A DNA stretch of 64,000 bases from an uncultured Acidobacteriota bacterium (GTDB taxonomy: Bacteria > Acidobacteriota > Vicinamibacteria > Vicinamibacterales > 2-12-FULL-66-21). Of this stretch, positions 46,310 through 55,525 are shown one piece after another. Numbering within the stretch: position 1 is the stretch's first letter; the number at the start of each line of letters is the position of its first letter. A program made the position numbers and the translations under genes. The notes beneath the pieces are model-generated. The model was not told the DNA's origin. It was given only the letters and a program-made list of their open reading frames with translations, and ran no database searches. The stretch lies in the NCBI GenBank assembly GCA_963817635.1, contig CAWFPR010000013.1, positions 156,740 through 220,739 on the forward strand, given 5' to 3'.

Positions 46310-48943
46310 CTACCCCACGCGCAACGCCACCATCGGATCGACCGACGCCGCGCGGCGCGCGGGCAGGAAGCAGGCGAGCGACGCCACCGCCACCAGCACC
46401 ATCGAGACCGCGAGATAGGTGAGCGCGTCGGTCGGCTGGACGCCGAAGAGCAGCGTCGAGAGCACCCGCGTGAGGACGAGCGCGCCGGCGAGGCCGATCG
46501 CTAGCCCGGTCAGCACGAGCTGGAACCCCTGGCCAAGGACCATCGCGACGACGTTCGCGCGCTGCGCGCCGAGGGCCATCCGGATGCCGAACTCCTGCGT
46601 GCGCTGGTTGACCGACAGCGCGATGACGCCGGCAATCCCCGTGGCGGTGATGACCAGCGCCAGCAGCGCGAACAGGCCGAGGAGCGCGGCAGTGAGGCGG
46701 GGAGGCTGGAGCGAGGCGGCCCGCACCTGCGCGACCGTGCGGAAATGGTCGACGGGCTGATCGGGATCGATCGATCGCAGCGCGGCGCGGATCTGCCGTT
46801 CCATCACGGCCGGGTCGATGTTGCTGCGCACGAGCCAGTTGGTCGACAGCTGCCGGCCCTGGAACATCGGCACGTACACCTCGTCGCGCGCCGGCTGGTC
46901 GAGGCGCTGCAGCGTGTCGCCGACGACACCGACGATGGTGCTCCAGTTGTCGTCGCCATTCGAGATCCGGCGTCCCACGGGATCCTGATCCGGCCAGTAG
47001 TGCCTCGCCATCGTGCGATTGATGATGGCCACCGGGTGGTCGCGACCGCTGTCGGCCGGCGTGAAGGGCCGTCCGGCGACAATCGGCTGGCCGATCGCGG
47101 AAAAGTAGTCGGGCGAGGCGACGTGATAGTCGACGCGCGGCTGCCCTGCATCGTCGGGCATCTCGCGTCCCTCGATCCTGAATGTGCCGGCGAATACATT
47201 CTGATCGTTGAGCGGGAACGTCCCGCCGCCGCCGACGCCGAGTACGCCGGGTTCGGCGCGCAGGGTGTCCTCGAAGCGCTTCCAGAAGGCCGGAATCGCA
47301 TCGTCCCGGTACTTCGAGAAGTTCAGGTCGATCCGCATCGTCAGAAGGTTGTCGGTCTCGAAGCCGGGATTGACCCGCTGAAGGTTGATGAGGGTGCGGA
47401 TCGTCAGGCCCGCGCCGATCAGCAGCATGAACGAGGCTGCCACCTGTACGACGATCAGGACGCTGCGGACGCCGTTGGTGGCATGCGTCGTGCGCGACCC
47501 GTCGCGGGCGCCGGCGCTGGTATCGAATGCGCCGGTGAATGCCGGGACCGCGCCGAACACCAGGCCGGTCGCGACCGACAGGATGATGGTGTAGGCGAGG
47601 ACCATCCGGTCGATGCTGACCTCCGCCGCTCGCGTCGTGAACCGCTCGGCGAAGGCGACCAGGAGATCCACGCCCCAGCCGGCGAGTGCGAGGCCAATCA
47701 GTCCGCCGGCCAGCGCGAGGAGCGTGCTCTCGGTGAGCAGCTGGCGAAGCAGCCGCCCGCGGCTGGCTCCGAGGACCGATCGGATCGCGATCTCCCGTTC
47801 GCGGCGCACCATGCGCGCCACCGTCAGGTTCGCGACGCTCGCGCAGACAATGAGCAGCACGAAGGCGGCCGTGCCGAGCAGGACGAGGAGTGTCGCGCGG
47901 AACGATTGCGTCAGTTCTTCCTGCAGCGGCACGGCGGCCATCCGGTAGCCGTCCGCCTCCCGGTAGTATTTCGGGTAGCGCGCCTGCAGCCCGGCGGCGA
48001 CCAGGTTCAGATCGGCGCGCGCTTTTTCGAGCGTGATTCCGGGCTTGATGCGCCCGAACGCCTGCATCATGCGCGCGTCCCGCGCCTCGACCATCGCGGG
48101 GTTCGATCGGAACGGGCACGCCGAGGTCGGCATGTACACGTCGACCTCGCGCGGATACTGCGGCACGGGAGGCAGGATGCCGACTACCTGGTGCGGCCGA
48201 TCGTTCATCCGGAAGATCCGGCCGACGACCGACGGATCCCCGCCAAAGCTGCGCTGCCAGTATTTGTAGCCGAGCACGAGCACCGCGGGCGCGCCGGGCG
48301 CGTCGTCGGCGTCCACGAAGGTCCGGCCGTACAGCGGCCTGACACCCATGACGTCGAAGAAGCCCGCCGACACGACGCCCGTGGACACCCGCTCTGGTTC
48401 GGGACGCCCCAGGAGGATGAACCACATGTCGTGGAATTCGACGACGCCGTCGAGGCTCTCCGCCTGCCTGCGGTAGTCCAGGATCTCCTGGTACGAGAAG
48501 CCGGTATCGTTGACACCCGCGAGGGGCCGCTGCTGATGGAGCACGACCAGCCAATCGCCGCTCGCGTACGGCAACGGACGCAGCAGCACACCATTGACGA
48601 CGCTGAAGATGGCGGTGTTGGCGCCGATGCCCAGCGCCATCGTGACGATGACCATGACGGCGTAGCCGGGGTTGCGCCTGAGGTTTCTCATGCCGTAGCG
48701 CACGTCGTGCGCCACGGCCTCGACAACGCGCGACAGCCAGGTGTCCCGCACGTTGTCCTTCACCTGGGCCACGCTGCCGAACGCGCTCAACGCCCGCCTC
48801 CGCGCCTCCTCCGGCGCGAGTCCCGCGCGCACGTGCTGCTCGGTCAGCATGTCGACGTGAAAGCGCAGCTCCCTGTCGAGATCCGCTTCCATCCGATCGC
48901 GCTGAAGCAAGGAGGCGATTCGGGTCCTGAGACGCCGGAGCAT
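46310..48943 (-). CDS. ADOP-type duplicated FtsX/MacB-like permease, intact
   Basis: ATG 48943, MLRRLRTRIASLLQRDRMEADLDRELRFHVDMLTEQHVRAGLAPEEARRRALSAFGSVAQVKD. Two FtsX 4-TM modules, ending RRAASVDPMVALRVG. No frame break. Confidence 0.85.
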   Translation of the reverse strand: MLRRLRTRIASLLQRDRMEADLDRELRFHVDMLTEQHVRAGLAPEEARRRALSAFGSVAQVKDNVRDTWLSRVVEAVAHDVRYGMRNLRRNPGYAVMVIVTMALGIGANTAIFSVVNGVLLRPLPYASGDWLVVLHQQRPLAGVNDTGFSYQEILDYRRQAESLDGVVEFHDMWFILLGRPEPERVSTGVVSAGFFDVMGVRPLYGRTFVDADDAPGAPAVLVLGYKYWQRSFGGDPSVVGRIFRMNDRPHQVVGILPPVPQYPREVDVYMPTSACPFRSNPAMVEARDARMMQAFGRIKPGITLEKARADLNLVAAGLQARYPKYYREADGYRMAAVPLQEELTQSFRATLLVLLGTAAFVLLIVCASVANLTVARMVRREREIAIRSVLGASRGRLLRQLLTESTLLALAGGLIGLALAGWGVDLLVAFAERFTTRAAEVSIDRMVLAYTIILSVATGLVFGAVPAFTGAFDTSAGARDGSRTTHATNGVRSVLIVVQVAASFMLLIGAGLTIRTLINLQRVNPGFETDNLLTMRIDLNFSKYRDDAIPAFWKRFEDTLRAEPGVLGVGGGGTFPLNDQNVFAGTFRIEGREMPDDAGQPRVDYHVASPDYFSAIGQPIVAGRPFTPADSGRDHPVAIINRTMARHYWPDQDPVGRRISNGDDNWSTIVGVVGDTLQRLDQPARDEVYVPMFQGRQLSTNWLVRSNIDPAVMERQIRAALRSIDPDQPVDHFRTVAQVRAASLQPPRLTAALLGLFALLALVITATGIAGVIALSVNQRTQEFGIRMALGAQRANVVAMVLGQGFQLVLTGLAIGLAGALVLTRVLSTLLFGVQPTDALTYLAVSMVLVAVASLACFLPARRAASVDPMVALRVG

Positions 48944-48957
48944 GTGCACCCTCCGAT

Positions 48958-49284
48958 CTACGTCGACAGCACGCGGGCCACGGCCGCCGACAGCCGCTCC
49001 CAGTTCTGCGTCTCTTCGGTCAGCTGTTTTCTGCCGGCTCTGGTGAGCTGGTAGAACTTCGCCTGGCGGTTGTTTTCGGAGTTGCCCCACTCGGCCTCGA
49101 CGAGGCCCTGCTGCTCCAGGCGGTGGAGTGCCGGATACAGCGATCCCTGGTTGACCTGCAGCACTTCTTCGGAAACCTGCTGGATGCGCAGCGCGATGCC
49201 CCATCCGTGCATCGCGCCCGGGGCGAGAGTCTTGAGAATCAGGAGGTCCAGCGTTCCCTGGAGCAGATCGGATTTTTGCGACAT
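48958..49284 (-). CDS. PadR-family transcriptional regulator
   Basis: ATG 49284, [88 protein letters not shown]. Confidence 0.9.
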   Translation of the reverse strand: MSQKSDLLQGTLDLLILKTLAPGAMHGWGIALRIQQVSEEVLQVNQGSLYPALHRLEQQGLVEAEWGNSENNRQAKFYQLTRAGRKQLTEETQNWERLSAAVARVLST

Positions 49285-50739
49285 GAGCTCTCCTGTAGAC
49301 GAACGACAAGAGAGTACGGTTCCGTCCTGTAGGTTGTCAAGGGAAAGACGCGATGACGGGTGGGACGAGCGGTGGGACTGGCGCGCGCCGCCGGCGGCGT
49401 GTCCGGGCACCCTGGCGCACATCATGCTGTGGGCGGTGATGCCCTCCGGGTACATGAACCGGCGCCCGGCCAACCACGACAGCGCCGCGAGGACGGCTCC
49501 GTACTCCACGAGCATCACGACCGCCGGGACTTTCCACGGACCTCTCAGCGCTGGCACGTACCACACGAGGTACACCGGCAGGATGCTGAAGGTCCACACG
49601 AGGAGCGGCAGCGTCATCCTCGAAAAGAGAAACGGCGTGAGGTAGAGCAGATACCACGGGTAGATGACGGGCGCGCCCGCGAGTGCCACCGCCATCGGCC
49701 ATGCCCATGCGCCGGGTTCATCCGCGCCCCGGCGCCATCGCCACCACGCCGATACGAGCAGGCCCAGGCCAACCGCTGTCGCCGCCGCGGCCGCTGGCGT
49801 CGCCAGGAACGCGATGGCGCTGAACAGCGGTCCGTTGAACCGGATATGCGCCACGACGTTCGGCACGGCGCCAAGCGGCATCGTGCCGCCCCGCGTGAAC
49901 GGCAGATACAGAAAGACGAAGAGCGCGACACCGAACAGGGCATCGCGTGCCCTGACGCGGCCCACGTAGAGCGGGATCAGCACGATCGGCAGCAGCTTCG
50001 TGGCGACGGCAAGGACGAGGGCGACAACGGACAGCGCCGTGCGCTTGCGCGCGAGCCAGTACGCGGACGCCGTGATCCACAGTGCGCCGACGACATCGAC
50101 GTGCCCGCTGTGCGCCACTTCGAGGACGACGAGGGGGTTCCACGCATAGGCCACCGCCAGCCACTCGTTCCGGCCCGTCGCGACCAGCCAGCGCCACAGT
50201 ACGATCATCGTCAGCAGATCGCAGAAGACGAGCGCGGCTTTCATCGCGCCCGACGAGTCGCGGAGGCTGACGACCAGGCGGAAGAACAGCTGCGCTCCGG
50301 GCGGGTACGGTGTGGCCGCCCGGCGGCTCGGCATCTCGCGCGTCTCGTCGTTGTGGGTGGAGGCCATCGCCGGATCGGCCGGTCTGACGGCGTAGGGGTT
50401 GTAGCCGAGCACCTGCACGCGCCCGTCCCACACGTAGCGCATCATGTCGCTGTCGCGACCGACAGGAGCCGCCGCGAGCGGCAGGCGAATGGCGACCGCG
50501 ATCGCGAACGCCCCGTACAGCAGACGACGCGATGCAGGAGGACGAACCCAGATACGCCGGAGCACCAGCAGGTACGCGAGGGCCATGACCGCGGCCATCG
50601 CAAAGAACAACGGCGAGCCGAGCGGCGCCCGCGAGACCGCGAGCGTGACGCTCGCCAGAACAGAGGCGGCACCCGTTGTAAGCAGGACAGACGAAAGGGA
50701 CTGCATCTGAGGGGCAGTTGGATTATAAATGACCTTCAC
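49285..50739 (-). CDS. GT87/DUF2029-like polytopic membrane glycosyltransferase; 3' boundary undefined (no in-frame stop before padR)
   Basis: About 12 TM segments. Motifs [59 protein letters not shown]. Protein-like sequence fades near 49450. An alternative start is ATG 50706. Confidence 0.6.
49311..49340 (-). promoter_or_regulatory. sigma-70-type promoter candidate for the padR-ADOP operon (TTGACA-18-TACTCT)
   Basis: Minus-strand TTGACA (49340-49335), 18-nt spacer, TACTCT (49316-49311). The direct repeat CTACAGGA occurs twice around it. Confidence 0.5.
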
Positions 50740-50741
50740 TT

Positions 50742-51932
50742 ATGGCTACCCGACAGCTGCTGATAGCCGCCATCGTCCTGGCCTCCGCCGCCGGAGCCGC
50801 CGCGCAAGAGCCAGCCTCACGCGCGGCAGAGCTGGCCAGCCGCCAAGCCGAGAAGGCCACCGCGCTGCACCCCGAACAGAAGAACTGGATCGAGCGCCGC
50901 ATTCTTGCCGTTGAGGACAGCGGAGGCTTGCTGGTCCCGCACGGATTCTTCGTGTCGTTCGGCGGCATCAAGACAGGCTCCGGGGTGGCGCCGGGGATCG
51001 GATACGGCCGCCTGCTCGACAACGGCGCCCTCGTCCAGGCGAAGATCGGCTACTCCATCCGCAACTTCAAGCTCGCCGAGATCTCGTACCTCTCCCAGCC
51101 CGTGGCCGGCGACCGCCTGAGGTTCACGACACGCGCGCGGTGGCAGGATGCCCCGTCGCTTCCTTTCTACGAGCTCGGCACCCACCCGTCCACGCTGCGC
51201 GCCGACTACGCCGAAAGGAAGACCGAGATCAGCGCCGGAGCGGACTTCCGGCCGGTCCGCCTGCTGCAACTCGGCGGTACCGTCGGCGTCGAGCGATTCG
51301 ACACCGGGCCAGGCGCTTCGTCGAAGCCGCGTATCGGGACCCTCTTCCCGGACGTGCCCGGAAACGACGCCGATCCGGACTACATCCACACGTCGGCCTC
51401 GGCCGCGATCGATTCCAGGTTTTCGCCCGGCTATACGCGCTCCGGTTCGCTTCTCCGCGCCACGCTGCACGACTACCATCAACGGAGCGGCAGCGCGTAT
51501 TCGTTCCAGAGTGTGGACGGCGTGGCTGAACAGTACCTGCCGATCCTCCACGGCAACTCGGTCCTGTATGCCGGACTGCACGTCTCGACGACAACGGCCG
51601 GCCAGGGACGCGAGGTCCCGTTCTTCCTGATGCCGTGCGTCGGCGGCACCGACCTGCGCGGCTACGAGAACTATCGCTTCCGCGACCGGCACTCGATCGC
51701 CTTCACGGCGGAGTATCGATGGTACGCGCAGGAGTACCTGGACGCGGCGCTCTTCTACGACGCCGGAAAGGCCGTCTCCAGGCGCGGAGACCTGGACTTT
51801 TCCGGACTCAAGAGCGACGTGGGCGCGGGTGTGCGGCTCCACGGTCCGAGCCAGACGGTCCTGCGCATCGAAGCCGCGCGGGGTCGCGAAGGGGTTCGCT
51901 TCGTCCTCGGCTTCACTGCGGTGGGAGGCTAG
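50742..51932 (+). CDS. outer-membrane beta-barrel protein (surface-antigen/BamA-ShlB-like)
   Basis: Signal MATRQLLIAAIVLASAAGAAAQ. Alternating beta-strand pattern, FFLMPCVGGTDLRGYENYRFRDRHSIAFTAEYRW..AALFYDAGKA..GAGVRLH, typical of surface-antigen barrels. Confidence 0.65.
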   Translation: MATRQLLIAAIVLASAAGAAAQEPASRAAELASRQAEKATALHPEQKNWIERRILAVEDSGGLLVPHGFFVSFGGIKTGSGVAPGIGYGRLLDNGALVQAKIGYSIRNFKLAEISYLSQPVAGDRLRFTTRARWQDAPSLPFYELGTHPSTLRADYAERKTEISAGADFRPVRLLQLGGTVGVERFDTGPGASSKPRIGTLFPDVPGNDADPDYIHTSASAAIDSRFSPGYTRSGSLLRATLHDYHQRSGSAYSFQSVDGVAEQYLPILHGNSVLYAGLHVSTTTAGQGREVPFFLMPCVGGTDLRGYENYRFRDRHSIAFTAEYRWYAQEYLDAALFYDAGKAVSRRGDLDFSGLKSDVGAGVRLHGPSQTVLRIEAARGREGVRFVLGFTAVGG

Positions 51933-51934
51933 CG

Positions 51935-53633
51935 ATGCGGGTCCCGACTCTGCTTGCCTCTGCGATCCTGCTCGCCGGCTCAGCGATGCTGTCGGCCCAG
52001 GCGGCCCGGACCACGCCGAAGTTCTACGACGACGATCCGATCGCACGCGTGGCCGACACGCAGGATGCGACGAAGGTGCAGCCGCGCGAGATCTCGCTCA
52101 CCTACGACGCGGTCATCAACCTGTTCGGCCGGCCCGGGCTCCAGTTCGTCGGCCGCGCCGAGGACGTCAACACGATTGACGAGGTCCCCGATTCGAGCTG
52201 GTTCACCAATCGCGCCGGGACGCGGCCGTTCACCGCCGACGAGATGTACCAGGGCGTCAATGACGACGCCGGACCGCAGGCAGGCACGTGGACGGTGAGC
52301 CGGAAGGCCAACGGCGTGTCGCCTGGCTTCACGATCACCGACGGACGGGGCCGCCGGTACTTCGTCAAGTTCGACCCGCCGGGCCAGCCCGAGCTCGCGA
52401 CAGGCGCCGAAGTGGTGGTCACGCGCATCTTCCACGCGCTCGGCTACAACGTGCCCCAGGCGCTCATCGCCACGCTGAGGCGCGACACCCTTGTGGTCGG
52501 CAAGGACACGACCGTGCAGCTGCCCAACGGCCATCGCCGCCCGATGAACGTCTCGGACATCGACGAGCAGTTGCGGCGCGCCGAGCGCAACACGGATGGC
52601 TCGTATCGGGTCATGGTCAGCGAGGCGCTCGAGGGAACGCCCCTCCAAGGATTCAAGTACGAAGGGACCCGTCCCGACAATCCCAACGACATCGTCCCCC
52701 ACGAGAACCGCCGGGAGCTGCGCGGCCTGCGCGTCTTCAGCGCCTGGGTGAATCACACCGACGCGAAGGCCATCAATTCGATGGATACGCTCGTCAAGGA
52801 TGATGGCCGATCGGTCGTGCGCCACAGCCTCATCGACTTCAACGCCACGCTCGGGAGCGCCGGCATCGGACTGCGCGAGCGACGCGACGGCCACGAGTAC
52901 ATCGTCGAATTCGCACCGACCTGGAGGGCCCTGCCGGCGTTCGGTCTCTACGTCCGGCCGTGGATGACGATCGACTATCCGTCGTATCGCGGCGTTGGCC
53001 GCTTCGAGGCCGCGCGGTTCGTGCCCGAGCAGTGGCGTCCCCGGGTGCCGAACCCCGCGTACGTACGCTCGCGCCCCGACGACACGTTCTGGGCGGCCCG
53101 CAAGTTGATGGCGCTTTCCGACGACCTGGTCCGCGCCGCCGTCCGGGCGGGGCAGTACAGCGATCCCCGGGCGGAGCGATTCCTCGCCGATGCGCTCATT
53201 CAGCGGCGCGATGCCATCGGGCGCGCCTTTCTCGTGCCGGTCAATCCCGTCGTCGATCCGGAATTGTCCGGCGACGGCCGCCTTTCGTTCGGCAACGCCG
53301 CCGTCCAGTACCGGCTTCGCGTCCGCGCCCTCTTCCTACACCGTGACCTGGCAGCGATTCGACAACGCAACCGGCGCGCTCGAGCGGATCGGCGAGACGT
53401 CCGGCACGGCCGGCGGCGTGGCGGCGCCGCCCGCATTGCCGTCCGATGCCGGCGCCTATCTGCGCGTCGAGATCGCCGCCGTAGGCGGTGCGCACCCGTC
53501 GTGGGCCGTGCCCGTGCAGGCCTACTTCAGGCGCATGTCGGCTGGCTGGAAGCTCGTGGGTTTCGATCGGCTTCCGGGCGCGCCGGCAATGCGTCCGGGG
53601 CTTGTCGGAGCCGAGGCGGCCAACGCCAGGTGA
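51935..53633 (+). CDS. secreted hypothetical protein with protein-kinase-like/PI3K-like motifs (one frame switch near 53305)
   Basis: ATG 51935 lies 2 nt after the barrel gene stop. Signal MRVPTLLASAILLAGSAMLSAQA. EVPDSSWFTNR, RRYFVKFDPPGQPELATGAEVVVTRIFHALGYNVP, HENRRELRGLRVFSAWVNHTDAKAINSMD. The C-terminus continues in ORF 53190-53633 (YTVTWQRFDNATGA..). Confidence 0.55.
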
Positions 53634-54772
53634 GCCGTCAACCCCTCGAGGACGTCGGCGACCAGGTCCTTCGGGTGTTCGCAGCCCGGTGACAGCCGAA
53701 TCAGCTGGTCTGACAGACCAAGCGCGGCGCGCGCGTCGGGGGGAATCGACGCGTGCGTCATCCGCGCGGGATGGCAGAGCAGGGACTTCACGCCCCCGAG
53801 ACTCTCCCCCAGCGTGAAGAACCGCCGCGACTGCACGAAGGCGACGACATCGTCCACCGTTCCGTCCAGCTCGAACGACACCATCCCGCCAAACCCCGTC
53901 ATCTGCCGCCGCGCGATCGCGTGCCCGGGATGGCTCGACAGTCCCGGGTAGTACACGCGCCTGACGGCCGCGTGCGCTGACAGCATCTCCGCGATGGCCG
54001 CCGCGTTGTCCGCGTGGCGCTGCATCCGCAGCTCGAGCGTCTTCAGTCCGCGCAGCGTGAGCCAGCAGTCGAAGGGCGACGGCACGGCGCCGGTGGCGTT
54101 CTGCAGGAACTTGATCGGCTCGAACACCGCCGGGTCCTTCGCCAGCACCGCGCCCTGGATGAGATCCGAGTGGCCGGCAAGATACTTCGTCACGCTGTGC
54201 ACGACGATGTCGGCGCCGAGCGCAAAGGGCTGCTGGAAGAGCGGCGTGGCGAACGTGTTGTCCACCACCACGAGGGCGCCGCGAGCGTGCGCGGCGGCCG
54301 CGACGGCCGCGATGTCGTACACGAGCAGCCGCGGGTTGCTCGGCGATTCCAGCCACACGAGCGTCGTGCGGGGCGAGAACGCTCCGGCGAGCGCCTCGGC
54401 ATCGGCGACGTCCACCTGTCGGATCACGCAGCCTCGCGGCTGGAACACCCGCGTCAGCATGCGATAGGTGCCGCCGTAGACATCCTGCGGCACGACGATT
54501 TCGTCACCCGGCGCAAGCCACGCCTGGAGGACCGCATGTTCGGCTGCCAGCCCCGAGGCGAACACCGCCGCGTGGGTCACACCCTCGAGATCGGCGAGGA
54601 CGGCCTCGAGCCGCGCTCGTGTCGGGTTGTTCGTGCGCGAATAGTCGAAGCCCCGGTGTTCACCCGGCGCATCCTGTTCGAACGTCGAGGTCTGGAAGAT
54701 CGGCGCGACGAGTGCGCCGGTTCCGGGTTCCGAGGGCTGCGCCGCGTGAATGGTCCGTGTCGCGAATTCCAT
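53522..54772 (-). CDS. Cys/Met-metabolism PLP-dependent enzyme (cystathionine gamma-synthase/beta-lyase family)
   Basis: ATG 54772, MEFATRTIHAAQPSEPGTGALVAPIFQTSTFEQ. VVDNTFATPLFQQPFALGADIVVHSVTKYLAGHSDL (PLP lysine), GGVKSLLCHPARMTHASIP. Confidence 0.85.
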   Translation of the reverse strand: MEFATRTIHAAQPSEPGTGALVAPIFQTSTFEQDAPGEHRGFDYSRTNNPTRARLEAVLADLEGVTHAAVFASGLAAEHAVLQAWLAPGDEIVVPQDVYGGTYRMLTRVFQPRGCVIRQVDVADAEALAGAFSPRTTLVWLESPSNPRLLVYDIAAVAAAAHARGALVVVDNTFATPLFQQPFALGADIVVHSVTKYLAGHSDLIQGAVLAKDPAVFEPIKFLQNATGAVPSPFDCWLTLRGLKTLELRMQRHADNAAAIAEMLSAHAAVRRVYYPGLSSHPGHAIARRQMTGFGGMVSFELDGTVDDVVAFVQSRRFFTLGESLGGVKSLLCHPARMTHASIPPDARAALGLSDQLIRLSPGCEHPKDLVADVLEGLTAHLALAASAPTSPGRIAGAPGSRSKPTSFQPADMRLK

Positions 54773-54800
54773 GAGCGTTTCTCCTTCAGCCAGGAACAGA

Positions 54801-55523
54801 TCAACTGATATGGGTGGCTCCCTCGCCGTCGACCGATCGAACGACGAGCGGCAGGCAGTGGCGGGCGGCGGCTTCGAGGGCGTGGCGCTGTACGAGGTCG
54901 CACCCGCCATCTGCCATCGCGAGCGCGCCCGCGAAATCCAGCGCGGGAATCGGCCGCGCGCCAGGGTGGATGTGGGGGTCCGACGAGAAGTAGCCCGGCA
55001 CGTCCTTGACCAGCTCGCAGCGGCGGGCGCCGAGCGCCGAGGCAAGCAGCACGGCCGTCAGATCGGACCCTCCGCGTCCGAGCGAGACGACGGCGTCGCC
55101 GGCTGCCCGCGCCAGGAAGCCGGGCACGACAACGACGTCGTGGACGGCCAGGGCTGCCCGCACCGCCAGGGAACGCACCGCCGCGTGGCCGGGGCGCCGG
55201 TCGCCGTCCTCGACGAGTCCGGCCTGATGGACGTTGAGCGCGCAGGCGCGCAGACCGCACGCCTGCAAGTGCAGCGCGACAATCGCCGCGGATCGCACCT
55301 CGCCGGTCGACCAGAGGAGGTCGAGCGTGGCGGCGTCCGGCTCCGCGGCAATCGCTCGGGCCGAGGCGAGGAGCCCGTCAGTCTCGCCGAAGGCCGCCGA
55401 CGCGACGACGAGCCACGAACCGGCCGGGTCGCTGGCGACACGGTCGGCGACGAAGTGCGCCGCTCGGCGATAGCCGGCCGCATCCGACAGGACGGAGCCG
55501 CCAAGCTTCAGGACGGTCAGCAT
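54801..55523 (-). CDS. aspartokinase-like amino-acid kinase, catalytic domain only (no ACT domains)
   Basis: MLTVLKLGGSVL.., VVPGFLARAAGDAVVSLGRGGSDLTAVLLASALGA (aspartokinase hallmark), CELVKDVPGYFSSDP. It is only 240 aa. Confidence 0.7.
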   Translation of the reverse strand: MLTVLKLGGSVLSDAAGYRRAAHFVADRVASDPAGSWLVVASAAFGETDGLLASARAIAAEPDAATLDLLWSTGEVRSAAIVALHLQACGLRACALNVHQAGLVEDGDRRPGHAAVRSLAVRAALAVHDVVVVPGFLARAAGDAVVSLGRGGSDLTAVLLASALGARRCELVKDVPGYFSSDPHIHPGARPIPALDFAGALAMADGGCDLVQRHALEAAARHCLPLVVRSVDGEGATHIS

Positions 55524-55525
55524 GG

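Noticed and set aside
45141-48554. 1137-codon ORF on the minus strand
   Set aside because: Only the last 372 codons (from ATG 46259, with a signal peptide) look like protein. The upstream part is an out-of-frame overlap of the ADOP permease gene and has R/P/G/A-rich shadow composition.
48958-50739. Genuine GT87-PadR fusion protein
   Set aside because: The connecting ~55 codons look non-coding and contain a promoter-like TTGACA-18-TACTCT for padR. PadR also has its own ATG and full-length domain. It is kept as a finding, not as a fusion call.
53190-53633. Separate 147-aa gene
   Set aside because: It continues the protein starting at 51935 after a single frame switch near 53305. It has no independent start context.
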